DNA of 64,000 bases from Bugula neritina (Eukaryota; Animalia; Bryozoa): positions 4,847,628-4,911,627 of the forward strand of contig OZ037771.1 in the NCBI GenBank assembly GCA_964035545.1. The letters are read 5' to 3'. Positions within the stretch are counted from its first letter, which is position 1, and each line of letters opens with the position of its first letter. The notes beneath the pieces are model-generated. The model searched no databases and was not told the DNA's origin. It saw nothing but the letters and a program-made list of their open reading frames with translations. Shown piece after piece: positions 37,896 through 50,863 of the stretch. The position numbers and the translations under genes are program-made.

Positions 37896-40800
37896 ATGGC
37901 TGATCCCAAAGACAGAAGTTCTTATTTCAAGAACAAGGGAAAAGATGGGGCGGTAAATATTTTTATGCTCAATAGCTATAACAGCGTCACTTGCATTGCT
38001 CAAAACTGGAAATATTGAATATTGTTCTCACCGTGTGAACTATAGGGAGCAAAATATGGGTATAAGCTCATATAACAGTATTAAGGTAAGGAATGTCGCC
38101 AAGCACCCGTAGTTGTAGTGAGATATATCGTCATTCTTCATAGAGCAGCTACAGCTGGCTGATTATTCACAACAGCTGAGTGTCTTGAGGAGCCCCTGTG
38201 ATAGGGAGAATTTGTTAACTGGAGACTCTGTCTAACCCTAATCTCTCTCACCCTCCATTATCACTGCCTATACAATTCATATCTTATCTATATGGTGTAT
38301 TTACATGCACATCCAAAACCAGCATCTCGATACTAGAGCACTGGTCTTCTGCTGCAACAGCTTCTGTTACAACTAGTTTGTACCAGTTTGCTGGTGCCTA
38401 CCAAAATCAGCTCATAACTAACTGTATTTTTCTCTCTGCTAGAAGCACAATTATGCAGCGGTGTGTGAGAGGTAGGTGCAGTAATGGAGCAATTGAGAAA
38501 AGCCTGTGTTCTTGATTAGAAATGTAGTGTAGCAAGTTATATTTTCGAGAGAATGTCAGCCATCACCTCAAAGCAAAATTTAATAAAATTAAAGAACTTA
38601 GGCTATCTCAATTTCTCTACTACAGCTCCTAATTGGTGTGTAATTACTTTGGCTTTGTCCAGGTTGCTCCTATTCTTGTAAGGTTTTGCGATGACTTGTT
38701 GTTTTACAAACATTTGCTGCCATTGTACCTGCAGACATCGAGGCAGCAGCGCACACAGACTAGCGTGGAGCTCCGTAAGAACAAGAGGGATGAGACCCTG
38801 AACAAGAGACGCAATGTGCCCATCCCTGAAGACATAGATGACATAGACGAGGCCGGGGACAGACCTCAGCTCTCCGAAATAGTGTGCAACGCTGCCAGTC
38901 CGGATCCCATCACCCAGCTGGCAGCAGTGCAAAGTGCTAGGTTAGCTATTTGTGTGTCTCATAGTTGACTTGTGCTTAAAGGTCAACAGCGGTTTATTTG
39001 TCAGCAAAAGGAATAACAGAGCTCTTTAGTACTCATGTTTTCACTCACTCTTGTCAGTTGTGATGGAAAGATACTCAAGTGTATCTAATAAACAAGATTC
39101 CTCTTACATAAACACGCTGAGCATCTAGTTGGTACCAGGCTGTGTGAATCACCACTTGATCTGTTTATCTGACACAGCCCTGCCAACTGTCGCGGCTCAA
39201 ATATTGCTACATCATAATATCAGTAGCTGGTAGTTACTGCTTCCCAGCTTACTATATATCTCCGCAGATTGGATGACATGGTATAACATGATCCCTTGAA
39301 CTATGCACCTCTATGGCAAATATGCCTGTTAGTAAATTCTGATATAGCTCCTGCAAACCATGAACTTTGTAACTTATTACCAGTTATATATATTTATTTA
39401 AACTCAGTTATAGTTGAGTTAAAAAGATATACACGGATATGTTAACTGCAGGTCTTGCCACTTGACTGAATAGAGATACATTTGTGACATTCTTAAGTAA
39501 CTGAAATTACTCCCTAGGTTGCCCTAACAGACAGGGAAATTTCAAATATATTTAAATAAAAAAATTTTAAAAAGTGAAAATTCACCAAATATTCAGCTAA
39601 ATGTGAGCTGAAGGAAATGCGTTTATTAGTTAATTAGAAATTGTAAGAAGCTACAAATAACAGAAAAAAATCGCTGAACTTCAACTCCAGTTATTGCTGG
39701 CGGAGTTGTCAAACATGGTAATTGTAAACTTCCTTGAAATGACTAGGAAGAGGTACCTGCTTGTTTGCAGGTATTTCTATAGGTTATTGTATATCTATAG
39801 GTCTATATATCTAATATTACTTGTAATTTTATCAGTTCTAATAGGTAAAACCACCTGTACTCTCTAGCTCTGTTTTCTGCATTGCTGATAAACAAAGGAG
39901 TCATAAATATTTTCAGTTTTAACCATTTTGGTAGTTGTCCTCCATTTTGTTTGACTAAAGTTGCTTGATTCAATACAACTTGTGGTGTACAGTTGGAGTT
40001 GCTTTCTTACAGGAAGCTGTTATCTAGTGATAGGAATCCACCAATTGACGAGCTGATTGAGTCTGGAATTCTCCCCATTCTAGTCCAGTGTTTAGATCGA
40101 GATGACAAGTAAGTATGGCAATAGTAATCATAGCGTGATAATGTGCTGTTAGTAGGGGTTATACAGTAGCCATAATAATACCTTTTCTGTATTATAGTAA
40201 TATACTGTTAGTAGAGGTTATACAGTAGGTAGAATAATACCATTCCCCCCAGTTTAACTCTACCTTATTGCATAGCTTTAGTTCCATAGCTTATTCTAAT
40301 GATACACTATAGTAGGTAACGTAAAATGACGCCTCTCAACGCTATGCATTCAACTACAGGCTACAAATCTTGAAATAGGTCTAATTTTTGAGACTAAATA
40401 CCAACTATATCACCACTTAGTGTCACCTTGTAAGCTACAAGAATAATTCGGTTGAAACTTTCATGTTGTATCTGTTCACATCCTTTTGTTATGCAGGTAG
40501 TTGTTGATTTGCAATGTTGTATCAGCAGATCAAATAGATAAGCTGTGTGTGTGTGGGTGGCAGTTGAGTATAGTTACTAGAGTTGTCCTCTGCCAGTGGT
40601 GGAGATTTCTCACTTGGTTTAGAGTTGAATAAATGTCAGATAATGAGCATATTTCTGCAAATGCAGGCTCCTTGTGATTATCACCTTCATTAATAGTGCT
40701 TGTCAGCACAGCAACTGGACTACAGCGCTCCCTCCATATCTCACTGGTTCATATCTCACGAAATTCCATAGGGCTTGGACCACTGTTTTGTGGCTTATGT

Positions 40801-42636
40801 ATATGTGTGTCTAGGAGCAAAATGGCTGAATTTAACAGATCCATTAGTTAAATCTGGTATTCTACTATGTCACAAATTGCGGTTTCAGAGCCCCTAACTT
40901 TGTGAGATACTGAGGAAACACTGTATATATGAGGGTATATATGTAGGTTTGTATATGTATGTATATATGAGGGTATATAGGTAGGTAGGTAGGTATATGT
41001 ATGTATATATGAGGGTATATAGGTAGATATGTACTTATATATGTAGGTAGGTAGGTATGTGTATAAATAAGTCAACACAGTACATCTTCTGTTACAGTGC
41101 AAGTCTGCAGTTTGAAGCAGCCTGGGCTCTCACTAACATAGCCTCAGGCACTTCTGAGCAAACCCGAGCAGTTGTGGAGTGTGGCGCTGTAGTATTGTTC
41201 CTAAGACTGCTCAGCTCGCCCCACCAGAATGTGTGCGAGCAGGCAGTGTGGGCCTTGGGCAATATTATAGGTGAGTAGTCCGTGTTGTACATTCGGTTCA
41301 CTTACCAAGTTGTCTTGTTTGCATTGGTGGGTTTTCAGACTTTTATTTCTCCTAGAAACTAGAGTTTATGTTCAGTCACTTTAGTCACTGAAATCTCTAG
41401 CATTTTTGTGCATTTTTATTCAAGTTTATGAAGCATTCAGCCTGTATATATCAACCCCCTGTATGTGTTACTCACTCTACATGTTACCCCCTGTACGTGT
41501 TACTCATTGTATGTGTTACTCACTCTACATGTTACTCACTGCACTGTGTTACTCACTGTATGTGTTCGCTAGGTGATGGTCCCCAGTGTAGAGACTATGT
41601 TATTCAACTCGGGGTTGTCGACCCTCTCCTGAAGTTCATTTCTGACGAGATTCCCATGACCTTTCTGCGTAACGTCACATGGGTGATCGTGAACCTGTGC
41701 CGGAACAAGGAGCCGCCGCCCCCCTCGGACACCGTGCAGCGCCTGCTGCCGGCCCTCTGTGTCCTCATCAATCACTCCGACACCAACATACTGGTGGACA
41801 CCGTCTGGGCTCTCTCCTACCTCACAGACGCCGGCAACCACTACATCCAACTCGTCATCGACTCGCAGGTCGTGCCCAAACTCGTAGAGCTGCTCGCCTC
41901 TCCTGAGGTCAAAGTTCAGGTTTGTTGCTCCTCCTTGCAATATATATACTTTGATAGACTGTATAGACGTTATATTCTACACAGTATACATATACTATAT
42001 GCAGGTAAGGCATGGGTGCTATATATAGAATTCTTTACAAGTAATAACTGGACTGGGCTTTAGAAGCCATTGACTCTACTTGCTAGCACTCTGTACCTGC
42101 TCCTAATTTTTGTTTGTTGAGAAAATACTAATGATAACATTACTATAATTATTGTTATTGTTAATATTATGTATTCTCATTATTACTATTATTTACTCTT
42201 CTAATTTATTGCTTAAATAAGTAGCTTATCAGACTGTATAATATCAGCAATTCATTTGTTTCACCTACTTTTGCTCTCCCCTGTACTAACAACTTCAGCT
42301 GAGCACCAGTAACACTGTTACATGTCCCCTGATTTGTAGACGGCTGCATTGAGAGCTGTGGGTAACATTGTCACTGGCACCGATGAGCAGACTCAGCACG
42401 TCCTCAACTGCAGGGCTCTGGTTCACTTCCCAGCTCTCCTCCAGCACCATAAAGAGAAGATCAACAAGGAGGCTGTTTGGTTCCTCAGCAACATAACAGC
42501 TGGTAGCCGAGATCAGGTGCAGCTGGTGATAGACGCGGGGCTTATACCCTATGTCATCCAACACCTCCTGAAGGTATGTCATCTCCACTAGTAGTAGCAG
42601 CAGTAGTAGTAGTGGTAGCAGTGGTAGTGGTAGTAT

Positions 42637-42685
<49 letters not shown>

Positions 42686-44149
42686 AGTGATAGCAGTGGT
42701 AGTGATAGTAGTGGTAGTGATAGTAGTGGTGGTAGTATTACTGGCAGTATTAGCGGTAGACCCACATATTGTTAATATAGTGTATACTAACCGCATCTAC
42801 AAGGCGTGCTTGTAATGCTAACCCAGTAAATCATACTGAATACTCACTCACTTGACGGCAGATGATAGGATTTACTAACTAGGAGTTGTCTGTTCACAGA
42901 GTGACTTTCAGACTCAGAAGGAGGCAGCCTGGGCTATCAGTAACCTGGCAATCAGTGGCAGCAAGGAGCAAGTGGAATATATTGTGATGCAGGGTGTCAT
43001 ACCCCCATTCTGCAATATGCTCTCTGTTAAAGACACCCAGGTGATTATCTGCTAAAATGGTGTTACTGTTTAAATTGTTATTCCTCTGTGTTATAAATAT
43101 ACTCAAGTCTAGTGAAATATTGAAGTATGATCAGACAAATGGACAAGTAGTGGTCATCTTCAGAAACGTCTGCGTAGAATTTATTAGTCTCATACTCACT
43201 CACTCACTCACTCACTGTGGGTTGAGGACTCCAACCTACTGCTGAGCAGTGCAGTACTGTAATAGTGTCATCCTCACTGCGTCCAAATTAGTTTTTGCAA
43301 GTTCATTGATGAATACACATTTTGCTGAATATCTTCTTTGCAGAGCCCCTCTTCCACTTTATCTTGTTTTTTATCTTTATAAAATATTTATATTCTGCTT
43401 TCAATGGCAACCGAGGAATAAATTATTGTCATGCGTTGGTGGATATGCAAAATGACCTTCACCCTTGTGTCTTCTATTCTAAAATACATTTATCAAATAT
43501 ACTTTAAGAATAAAAGCACTTTTTACTCTTGTTTATTTTGCCTACCCAATTCAAGTCATTTTTTATAAGATTTAAATGTGTTGAAAAATTAGTTATTTTT
43601 ACGATAAATACAGTATTTGTATCTCACGCTTTCCCCTTTGTGTGTGTAGATTGTGCAGGTAGTCCTCGATGGTCTCAACAACATTCTGAGGTTAATCAGT
43701 GACGCGGCGGATGAGACAACTCTCGATATCGGAGCCCTCATCGAGGAGTGCGGTGGTCTAGACAAGATCGAGGCCCTACAAGGTCACGAGAATCAAGACA
43801 TCTACAGAATGGCGTTCAGTATCATCGACACGTACTTCTCACCAGAGGTAAGGGACACTTTGCAAGAACCTGCTTGAAATATGTGCTTGTTTTGGGATTT
43901 TATATGGTTTTGTGCAACTAGTTACCCTGTGAAGTATTTCTAACAGAGCTGAATATTTGTTAGTTATATCTAGTTATCTTGTGAAGTATTTATAGCAGAG
44001 TTGAATATGTGAATCGGCATCTCAGACTAATGGAGTTGTCTTCTGTTACTTTGCAGGACGAGGAAGACACAGCTATAGCACCGGAGCAGGGTGATGCCGG
44101 CTTTCAGTTTGACCCCGGCCAGAACAGCGGTCAAAACTTCAACTTCTAA
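37896..44149 (+). CDS. KPNA3: Importin subunit alpha, alpha-3/4 (KPNA3/KPNA4) subfamily, ~514 aa
   Basis: Exons 37896-37952, 38735-38940, 40013-40108, 41098-41270, 41573-41919, 42340-42573, 42900-43040, 43650-43847, 44057-44149 give 1545 nt in frame. IBB domain ([20 protein letters not shown]), [16 protein letters not shown] repeats ([40 protein letters not shown]), [11 protein letters not shown], terminal FNF. KPNA3 vs KPNA4 orthology is not resolvable. Confidence 0.93.
40723..40923. mobile_element. Pogo/Tigger-like MITE in importin intron 3
   Basis: Imperfect TIRs CAGCGCTCCCTCCATATCTCAC vs rc CAGTGTTTCCTCAGTATCTCAC (17/22), with TA flanks. Confidence 0.55.
42589..42755. repeat. (TAG/TGG/CAG)n trinucleotide microsatellite in importin intron 6
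   Basis: Direct reading; explains the spurious poly-V/T/L ORFs. Confidence 0.9.
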
Positions 44150-44621
44150 TTACTAGGAGTTGAGGGTGGAGAGTTCGTCTGCTTGATTGTATGATGAATG
44201 AGTCTGAGTGACTGTGACTGTGGTGCGACTGTGTATCTGTATGACTGCATGAGTGTGAGTGAGAGAGATTGAGAGAATACGTGATTTCAACTACTTAATA
44301 TCTACTCTACCGCATGTTCTCTGCTACTTCCTCCTACCTTCTCTCTCTAAACATCCACTCTTCTGCTCTCAATACATTCTCCAACCGGTTCTATTCAAAA
44401 GGCTAGTTGTTCTCATAGTGAAGGTTCAGCACGCAGCAATATTTAAAGATGGCGAATGCCGGTGGCCACTACAACTGATATGTGAAACTAGTGACATCTA
44501 CAAATGATATTATTGGCAACTAGTGTCTTCTGCAGTTGAAGTCTGCAACAAGTGTTTTTATCGCAGGTTGTCTTCAGCCTGAGATTTTCATAACATTTTA
44601 TGAGAGGTTATTTTCAATTAA

Positions 44622-44733
44622 AGTTTATCTGCCAGCCACTAGTTTATCTGCCAGCTACCAGTTTATCTGCTGCCAGCCACTAGTTTATCTGCCAGCCACT
44701 AGTTTATCTGCTGCCACCGGTTTATCTGCCACT
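44622..44733. repeat. ~19-bp tandem repeat (AGTTTATCTGCCAGCCACT), ~6 copies, downstream of the importin stop
   Basis: The GTTTATCTGC core recurs six times. Confidence 0.85.
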
Positions 44734-45512
44734 GATGCTGCGAGAAGGAAGAGAACAAACTGGTATTATCATGTCACGCTATCTGCCTGGCATAACTCCT
44801 AATCCTCGACGCTCAACATTGGCAATGTGCTGGTTTACTATACGGGAGTTGTGTGCTCAAGTATTTGATGCCATTGTTGGGAGTTGTCATTCCTGTCTGC
44901 CTGTTGTATGACTGTGATATCCCTTGTGTGTGAGTATTGCATGATTTTTACCCATTGCTGCTAAGTGTAAAGTATTCTATAAGATAAATCTATTTTTTGC
45001 GTTTACAGTAGTTTTTTTAATTTTGGTTAGATACGCGTATCTAATTGTATGGAGAATAATTGTTTGAATGAGTAAGTTTTTAAATTATAATGAATTTTGT
45101 TATAGTACAGTTCTAATGAGTGTTGAGCTTTTGATAGTTTGCTTCTTGCTTGAGGTGTGTAGGTTGAATAAGGTCTTGGTACAGGTACTTTTGCTGTAAA
45201 GTATGTTCATAGTGTTTTAGTTTTGACAATTTGTCAAGTTATACAAGTCAACTTTTGTGGAAATCTAGATTTCAGCTTTTGATGAGGTTTTACCAATAAA
45301 ATTGTTTTGTTTATAAAAATCGAAAATACTCCCAGTTGTTGGTGTAAGGCTAAAAATAACTTGTATATTTATAATATGTTAATGGTATATAGAAATTGAA
45401 ATATGTACAATTTTTATAAAGCTCGGAACGGTGATGCAAACTGCACGGCTTTAAGAATTTTTATAAGTATATTAGATATGTCGTGCTAGTTGAGCATAGT
45501 AGCAGCTGAAAG

Positions 45513-48500
45513 TCAGTCTGAAATAATCTCGAATCTGGTTTGTCCGAGTCCATAGACTGGGTGATGTATCATATTCTTGGTATACGCTCTGCAGGTAATA
45601 AACAGCAGGGATCCTACAATTATATAATTTAACAGTTTTTATGAAAGATAAAACTAAGTAAAATAGCATTTTGTAACTTTTTCAAGTAAAATCTAAATTT
45701 CACAGCTATAAAGGCTCATTGATTCAAATTAGAATGCTTGCATTTTGTTTTCTTGATTTGCAATGACCAATCCTTGTTTCACACGAGTGTGGAAAAAATT
45801 ACAGTCATGTTTTCATAAAGTTATCAAGTAATGATCTAGTGCAAGGGTGTCCAACCTATTCAGAGTGAGGGCCACTGAAAGGGAATATTCCATGACGAGG
45901 GCCACATTGTAAACTGTAGTTTAAGCTGGGGGGCCACAGTATTAGTAATTTTCAAATACTTCCAAATTCTCATTTATCATTACACAATGAAGTCATAATA
46001 GTAAATGCAGTGTGTAGCATGTGTATAAATAAGACATTTAAAAGTAGTTTTTTCACTCTAATTTATGTATACTGTAAAAAATGATTTTAGTTGTATGCCT
46101 TTGAAGGCCACATAAATGTAGGCTGGGGGGCTACATCCGGCCCCAGGGCTGCCTGTTGGACAGCCCTGATTTGGCTATGCAAATCTTGTTATTACAGTGG
46201 TAAAACTAAACACACTGCGCCAGAGAAGTTGAGTTGATTTTGTGATATTTATAATAATATACAAGTTTATAAAATAGAATATCCTAGTTGATAATTAAGA
46301 TAATATGTCAGAAGTTGGAGTTGTCTTACTGTGAGGAAGGTTGAATAATTGCACAGCAACTAATGGTGACTTGTAGCCCTGTTGACCAACAAAAGGGAAA
46401 TAATCAAAGCTCCACCCTTGTTGAGGATAGTAAGCTATGTCGGCCAGGGATTCATTAGTCACGGGATCCTACAATCATTTATACCTATTTAACGAAGTTG
46501 CTGAAACAATTGAAGCAGTTTTAAAAGTTAATATAACAAAATAATATATAATATAATACATATATGACTGTTATATAACTATGTATATATGACATATAAT
46601 ATTTATAAAATAGTAAAATTTTGCAATATTGAACACTATTGAAAACCATTCTTTTCCACAACCATACATCATGATTTATTACTTGCTATTTAAAAGCAAC
46701 TTAAATTATTTCACCCACTCATAAGCTACTTTAAAACTTAGCAGAAATTCCTACTCACTGTGCCAAAGCACTTGACTGTAATAACATCGGGCTTCCAGAT
46801 GTCCCTGATCTCTTCTGGAACTTCGTCTATACTCTCGTAGTTCTCTGGCTCCCAGTTATTTATCTAAAAGTTTAATTACAGTTCACCTTTGAAATGTGCC
46901 CAGCCATATAACAACTGGATAACATCCAACAGCAAAATATTCTTGCAAACGGATGCATGCGAGTGTTGAAGTCGAGCTTAATTAATTTGAATATAATCAG
47001 AGAACTTTGGCTATTTCAGTTTCTCCACTACCACAGCTCATCTATGGAGAAAGGAACTTCTGCTAAATACCTTAAAGTTTGCCTAATTAAAAAACAACAC
47101 CTGCCAAAGTCATTTGACAGAACTTAATTTATAGAAGTTGCACCAACAAGCTCATGCAGGATACAGAAATTGCTCATATATTAAAGTCATTAATATATTT
47201 TAGAGGTACTGAACTTAGTGTCTGCCAAATTCCTTTCAATAAAAAATGTTCTGTTGAATATTTTCAACCCTAATTTTTCAGCCTACTGAAAATACATATA
47301 ATTGTTTAAATTTATGTCAGTGTTTTTTTGTTTTTCTAAATTGTATAAACAGAACATGAAATAACTTTCATGCATATATATTGTGTTCTCAAATAAATGA
47401 ATCACATAAACTATAGTAGCAGCAAATAGGAAGCTCAAGCCACAGGCCTAACTGCAAGATTAGTGTCTGTAGATAAGTAACTACAGCATGTATAACTTTT
47501 TGAGCAACTTTGGGTGGTTGTTTTACTACAAAATGTATAACTTAACAGTCTCTTAACTTTGACAGGTTCTATATCTAGGGCTTATATTAGGCAATCCACT
47601 TCCTACAATCCCGCTGTCGTCTAAATGCTGTAGTAGCATTAATTTACCTTCCATCATTGCTCAAATTTTGCTATTTAAAATTCCTGTTGTTATTAGAGGT
47701 AAACTGCACACTTCAGCAACAGTTGCTGACATTTTCAATACAAATGTTAGCTTTATATTTGCTAAACTTACTCTATTTAGTTTGAGTATAATGCAGGGCT
47801 CTCCCTCCCACCACCCATAGTCATCTTCGTAAACACACGGTCTAATATAATCCAACTTAAACTCGCACACTTTCTCTATATCAGAGTCTGTTCTGCCTTC
47901 AGTACAGTCTATAAAGTTACCATTCTCTGACGTCCATTCAGCTGGTTCATAACCTACCAGATGTAAACAACAAGAAGAAGTTATAAATCATAGAGTTCTA
48001 AATTTTAATTTTCATTTATAGAGGATGTTTCAAATGGTAAATATTATAATTTTTCAATTATATGTGTCCAAGATATTCTGTTTAGTCATCATTCCAATTG
48101 TTTGAGACGATAACTGTTGTTGCCTTTATAAATATCTGTAAAAACACCTTGTAGCCATTCTATTTTTAAAAATTGTACAGGACTTTTATAAATGTTCTTC
48201 TTAACCACAGTTGCGAATAAAATAAATTTTTCAAACTTTATACACATGTATGTTTCATATCTTAGTGCAAAGTGCATAAAATAGTTACCTGATAGAAAAT
48301 CTTGATACATCATTTCTCTGATCATTCCAACTTGAGTCTCATTGGATCTGACGTAGCGAATCAGAGTAGACTTTCTCTCAGGGTCTAGTATCGGGATATG
48401 ACTGACTCCTACCAACACATATCATATCACATATATTATATATATATATATATACTGTATATATATATACTGTATATATATATACTGTATATATATATAC

Positions 48501-49220
48501 CGTATATAGGCCTACAGTGATCAGTGACTATAATTTCAGCAGCAGTGTAATGGTTATAGAGTGCTGGTCTAGTAAACATGAGGTCAGTGGTTTAAGTTCA
48601 AACACCAGTGCATGTTAGGGAGAGCATTCAGCCATTATTCCTCATGTGCCACCTTTGAATAAATCCTTAGTCCGATTTCCATCAGGAGTTCTCACCAGGA
48701 CAGTGAGTATAAACTGAGTAAGCGGGCAACGCTAGAATTTAGTAAATTTTTTGTTTTCAAAAGTAAATAAATTCACCAGGTGTCCATGCCATTCCGTCTT
48801 CTCCTGAATAAATGGGGTCGTCTGCATTGAGAATCACCCTGAACCATGTGAACCACACCGCAGAGATGAAGCACGCCAGACCAGTGTAGAAACAAATGTA
48901 GAACCCAATCAGTTGCACTGAAAACACAACCAACAGTACTCTGTACTAAGTGAAAGTATGTAAGGACTGCCTTCACCTCATAACTGTGAAATAGTAAGAT
49001 TATTATACATACACCATCGGATGTAGTTCCTTCCCCATAACTCTTTCTTCTCTGCATCATATGAGTTAATAAAGAACTGGTTTATTGTTTGAAATAGTCC
49101 GGATATTCCTTCCTTTTGAGAAGGGGGCTCTGTACGCACCCTAATAAATACAGTGACTGTCACTAAGTTATCTGCTATACTAAAATAGCATGTATACATT
49201 TACTAGTTTTCTACTTACAT
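45513..49220 (-). CDS. Na+/K+-ATPase beta-subunit family protein, paralog 1 (~305 aa)
   Basis: Exons (AT at 49220-49219), 49140-49013, 48917-48777, 48408-48289, 47953-47772, 46863-46759, 46468-46330, 45613-45513. Motifs: LWGRNYIRW, TM IGFYICFYTGLACF, DYGWWEGEPCIILKLNRINNWEP, YYPQQGWSFDYFPF, YKSPLVAVQ, ITCRAYTKNM, GQTRFEI. The start is inferred. Confidence 0.85.
45842..46168. mobile_element. hAT (Charlie-like) MITE in the last intron of beta paralog 1
   Basis: TIRs CAAGGGTGTCCAAC vs rc CAGGGCTGTCCAAC (12/14); internal GGGCCAC subterminal repeats; left flank ATCTAGTG resembles the hAT NTCTAGAN target. The TSD is degenerate. Confidence 0.65.
48540..48640 (+). mobile_element. Possible decayed tRNA-derived SINE head
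   Basis: A-box-like AGTGTAATGGTTA and B-box-like GGTTTAAGTTC at tRNA-like spacing; no clean cloverleaf. Confidence 0.25.
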
Positions 49221-50262
49221 CTTATTGGCCAGAAACAAATGAAGACTAAAAAATAGCCTTTCTTTTGGTGAATTTATCCCTCCGCAATTTTCAGTCAGAA
49301 ACTCAATTTGGCAAAGTTAAAAAGCTTGCCGTTCATTTTAAAAGCCAGTTGTCAAAATGTTGTCTTGTAATAACTTAATCAGCCGATTTCAGAATAATAA
49401 TCAAAGGGAATGATAACTCCTTGTAGATACCATTATTTGATTATTAGATCGTTGACTAGATGACTTAGTTACAAAAGCTGTAAACAAAGTTTCAGAAATT
49501 CAAGTAAAGCGTAATTTTTCTAGTTATATCAGCTACTCTTCTTTATTGCTATAGACTTTACAACCTCATTAAGTTTTCAAAATGCATCAAATAGTAAAGG
49601 TATAAACTATGAACACATTTTTAAACTATCCAAGAGAGAGTTTACATAGTCCTATAAAAATATACACTACAGCTATAAGTATGTCAAAACTGGGCTGGAG
49701 TCATCAACAACAGATATTTTTTAAGTATTCGTAAGCAAATCTTTTGAAAGAAATAGGTGGAAATTGATTAATAGTTCCTTAATAAATATAAAGACTGACT
49801 ATAAAAGGTGGAACTTTATAACTCTGGTTTCATTAATCATGATTATTTCACTTGTAATGTGACTCAAAGCTATTTCCCATGAATAATCTAGACTTAGTAG
49901 ATGCCTTCCCTGGCCATACAGTATGTCTTCGTAGAGAAGGGCTAAACACAGCTCTTGAAGTTGAATGATATTTGCATTAGCTTTTACTAAACAATACATG
50001 CCAAACCCTATGGCCTATATTATGCACACATTGAGTTAAAAGAGAATATACCAACAATATACAGGTATATAACCACATAGTCATGTTGTAATACCTAAGT
50101 TTATATGTGTATAATCTGAAAACCTTCAGCACATACTATTATAAAGCCTATATATTATACTATATTATATTATATAATTGTAACTTATAAAATTTAAGCA
50201 TTCTGTATTTGAGTAGTTGGATTTAATAGTAAAAATTTCAGAAAAAAATAATCTCTGCATTT

Positions 50263-50325
50263 TGTGTGTGTGTGCGTGTGTGTGTGCGTGTGCGTGTGTG
50301 TTTGCGTGTGCGTGTGCGTGTGCGT

Positions 50326-50360
<35 letters not shown>
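50263..50360. repeat. (TG/CG)n microsatellite
   Basis: Direct reading. Confidence 0.9.
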
Positions 50361-50643
50361 AGTCTATTGTATGCGTTGAGTGTTACAGTGTGTGTATATG
50401 TCTGGAAGTCGCCGGAAAAAACTATGTAAGCCAATAACAGGAGAATATTAAACAATTCATGCTAGAGTTATAATCTCTTATTCGACAGAGTTTTAACTTG
50501 TTGATTTAAAACACACATAATATAGTGAGACAGTATGATATTAGGTGATTTGATTAACATAAACGCAGGAGCTATTAGCCACAGATAAAATGCTTGTGAT
50601 CAATTTCAATGACAGTCTAACAGAATATAACTGAATCGGTGTC

Positions 50644-50863
50644 TGGTAAAAATGGCACAGGTAAGAATGGCACAAGTAAAAATGGCACGGTACAAATGGC
50701 AAAAATGGCAAAGCAGGTAAAAATAGCACATTTCAATATTAGGGTTTGGGGTTCGGGTTTAAGAGTTGGGGGTTTGGGAAAATATAACATCTGTGTGCTA
50801 TTTTACGTACTTTTTCATTTGTGCCATTATTACCTGTGCCATTATTACCTGTGCCAGTTTTAC
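50644..50863. mobile_element. Foldback-type MITE with modular inverted arms
   Basis: Left arm repeats GGTAAAAATGGCACA (~15 bp); right arm repeats TGTGCCATTATTACC (its inverse); central TTAGGGTTTGGGG-like tract. Confidence 0.65.

Noticed and set aside
42295-42815. Poly-L, poly-T and poly-V ORFs
   Set aside because: Translations of an intronic TAG trinucleotide repeat.
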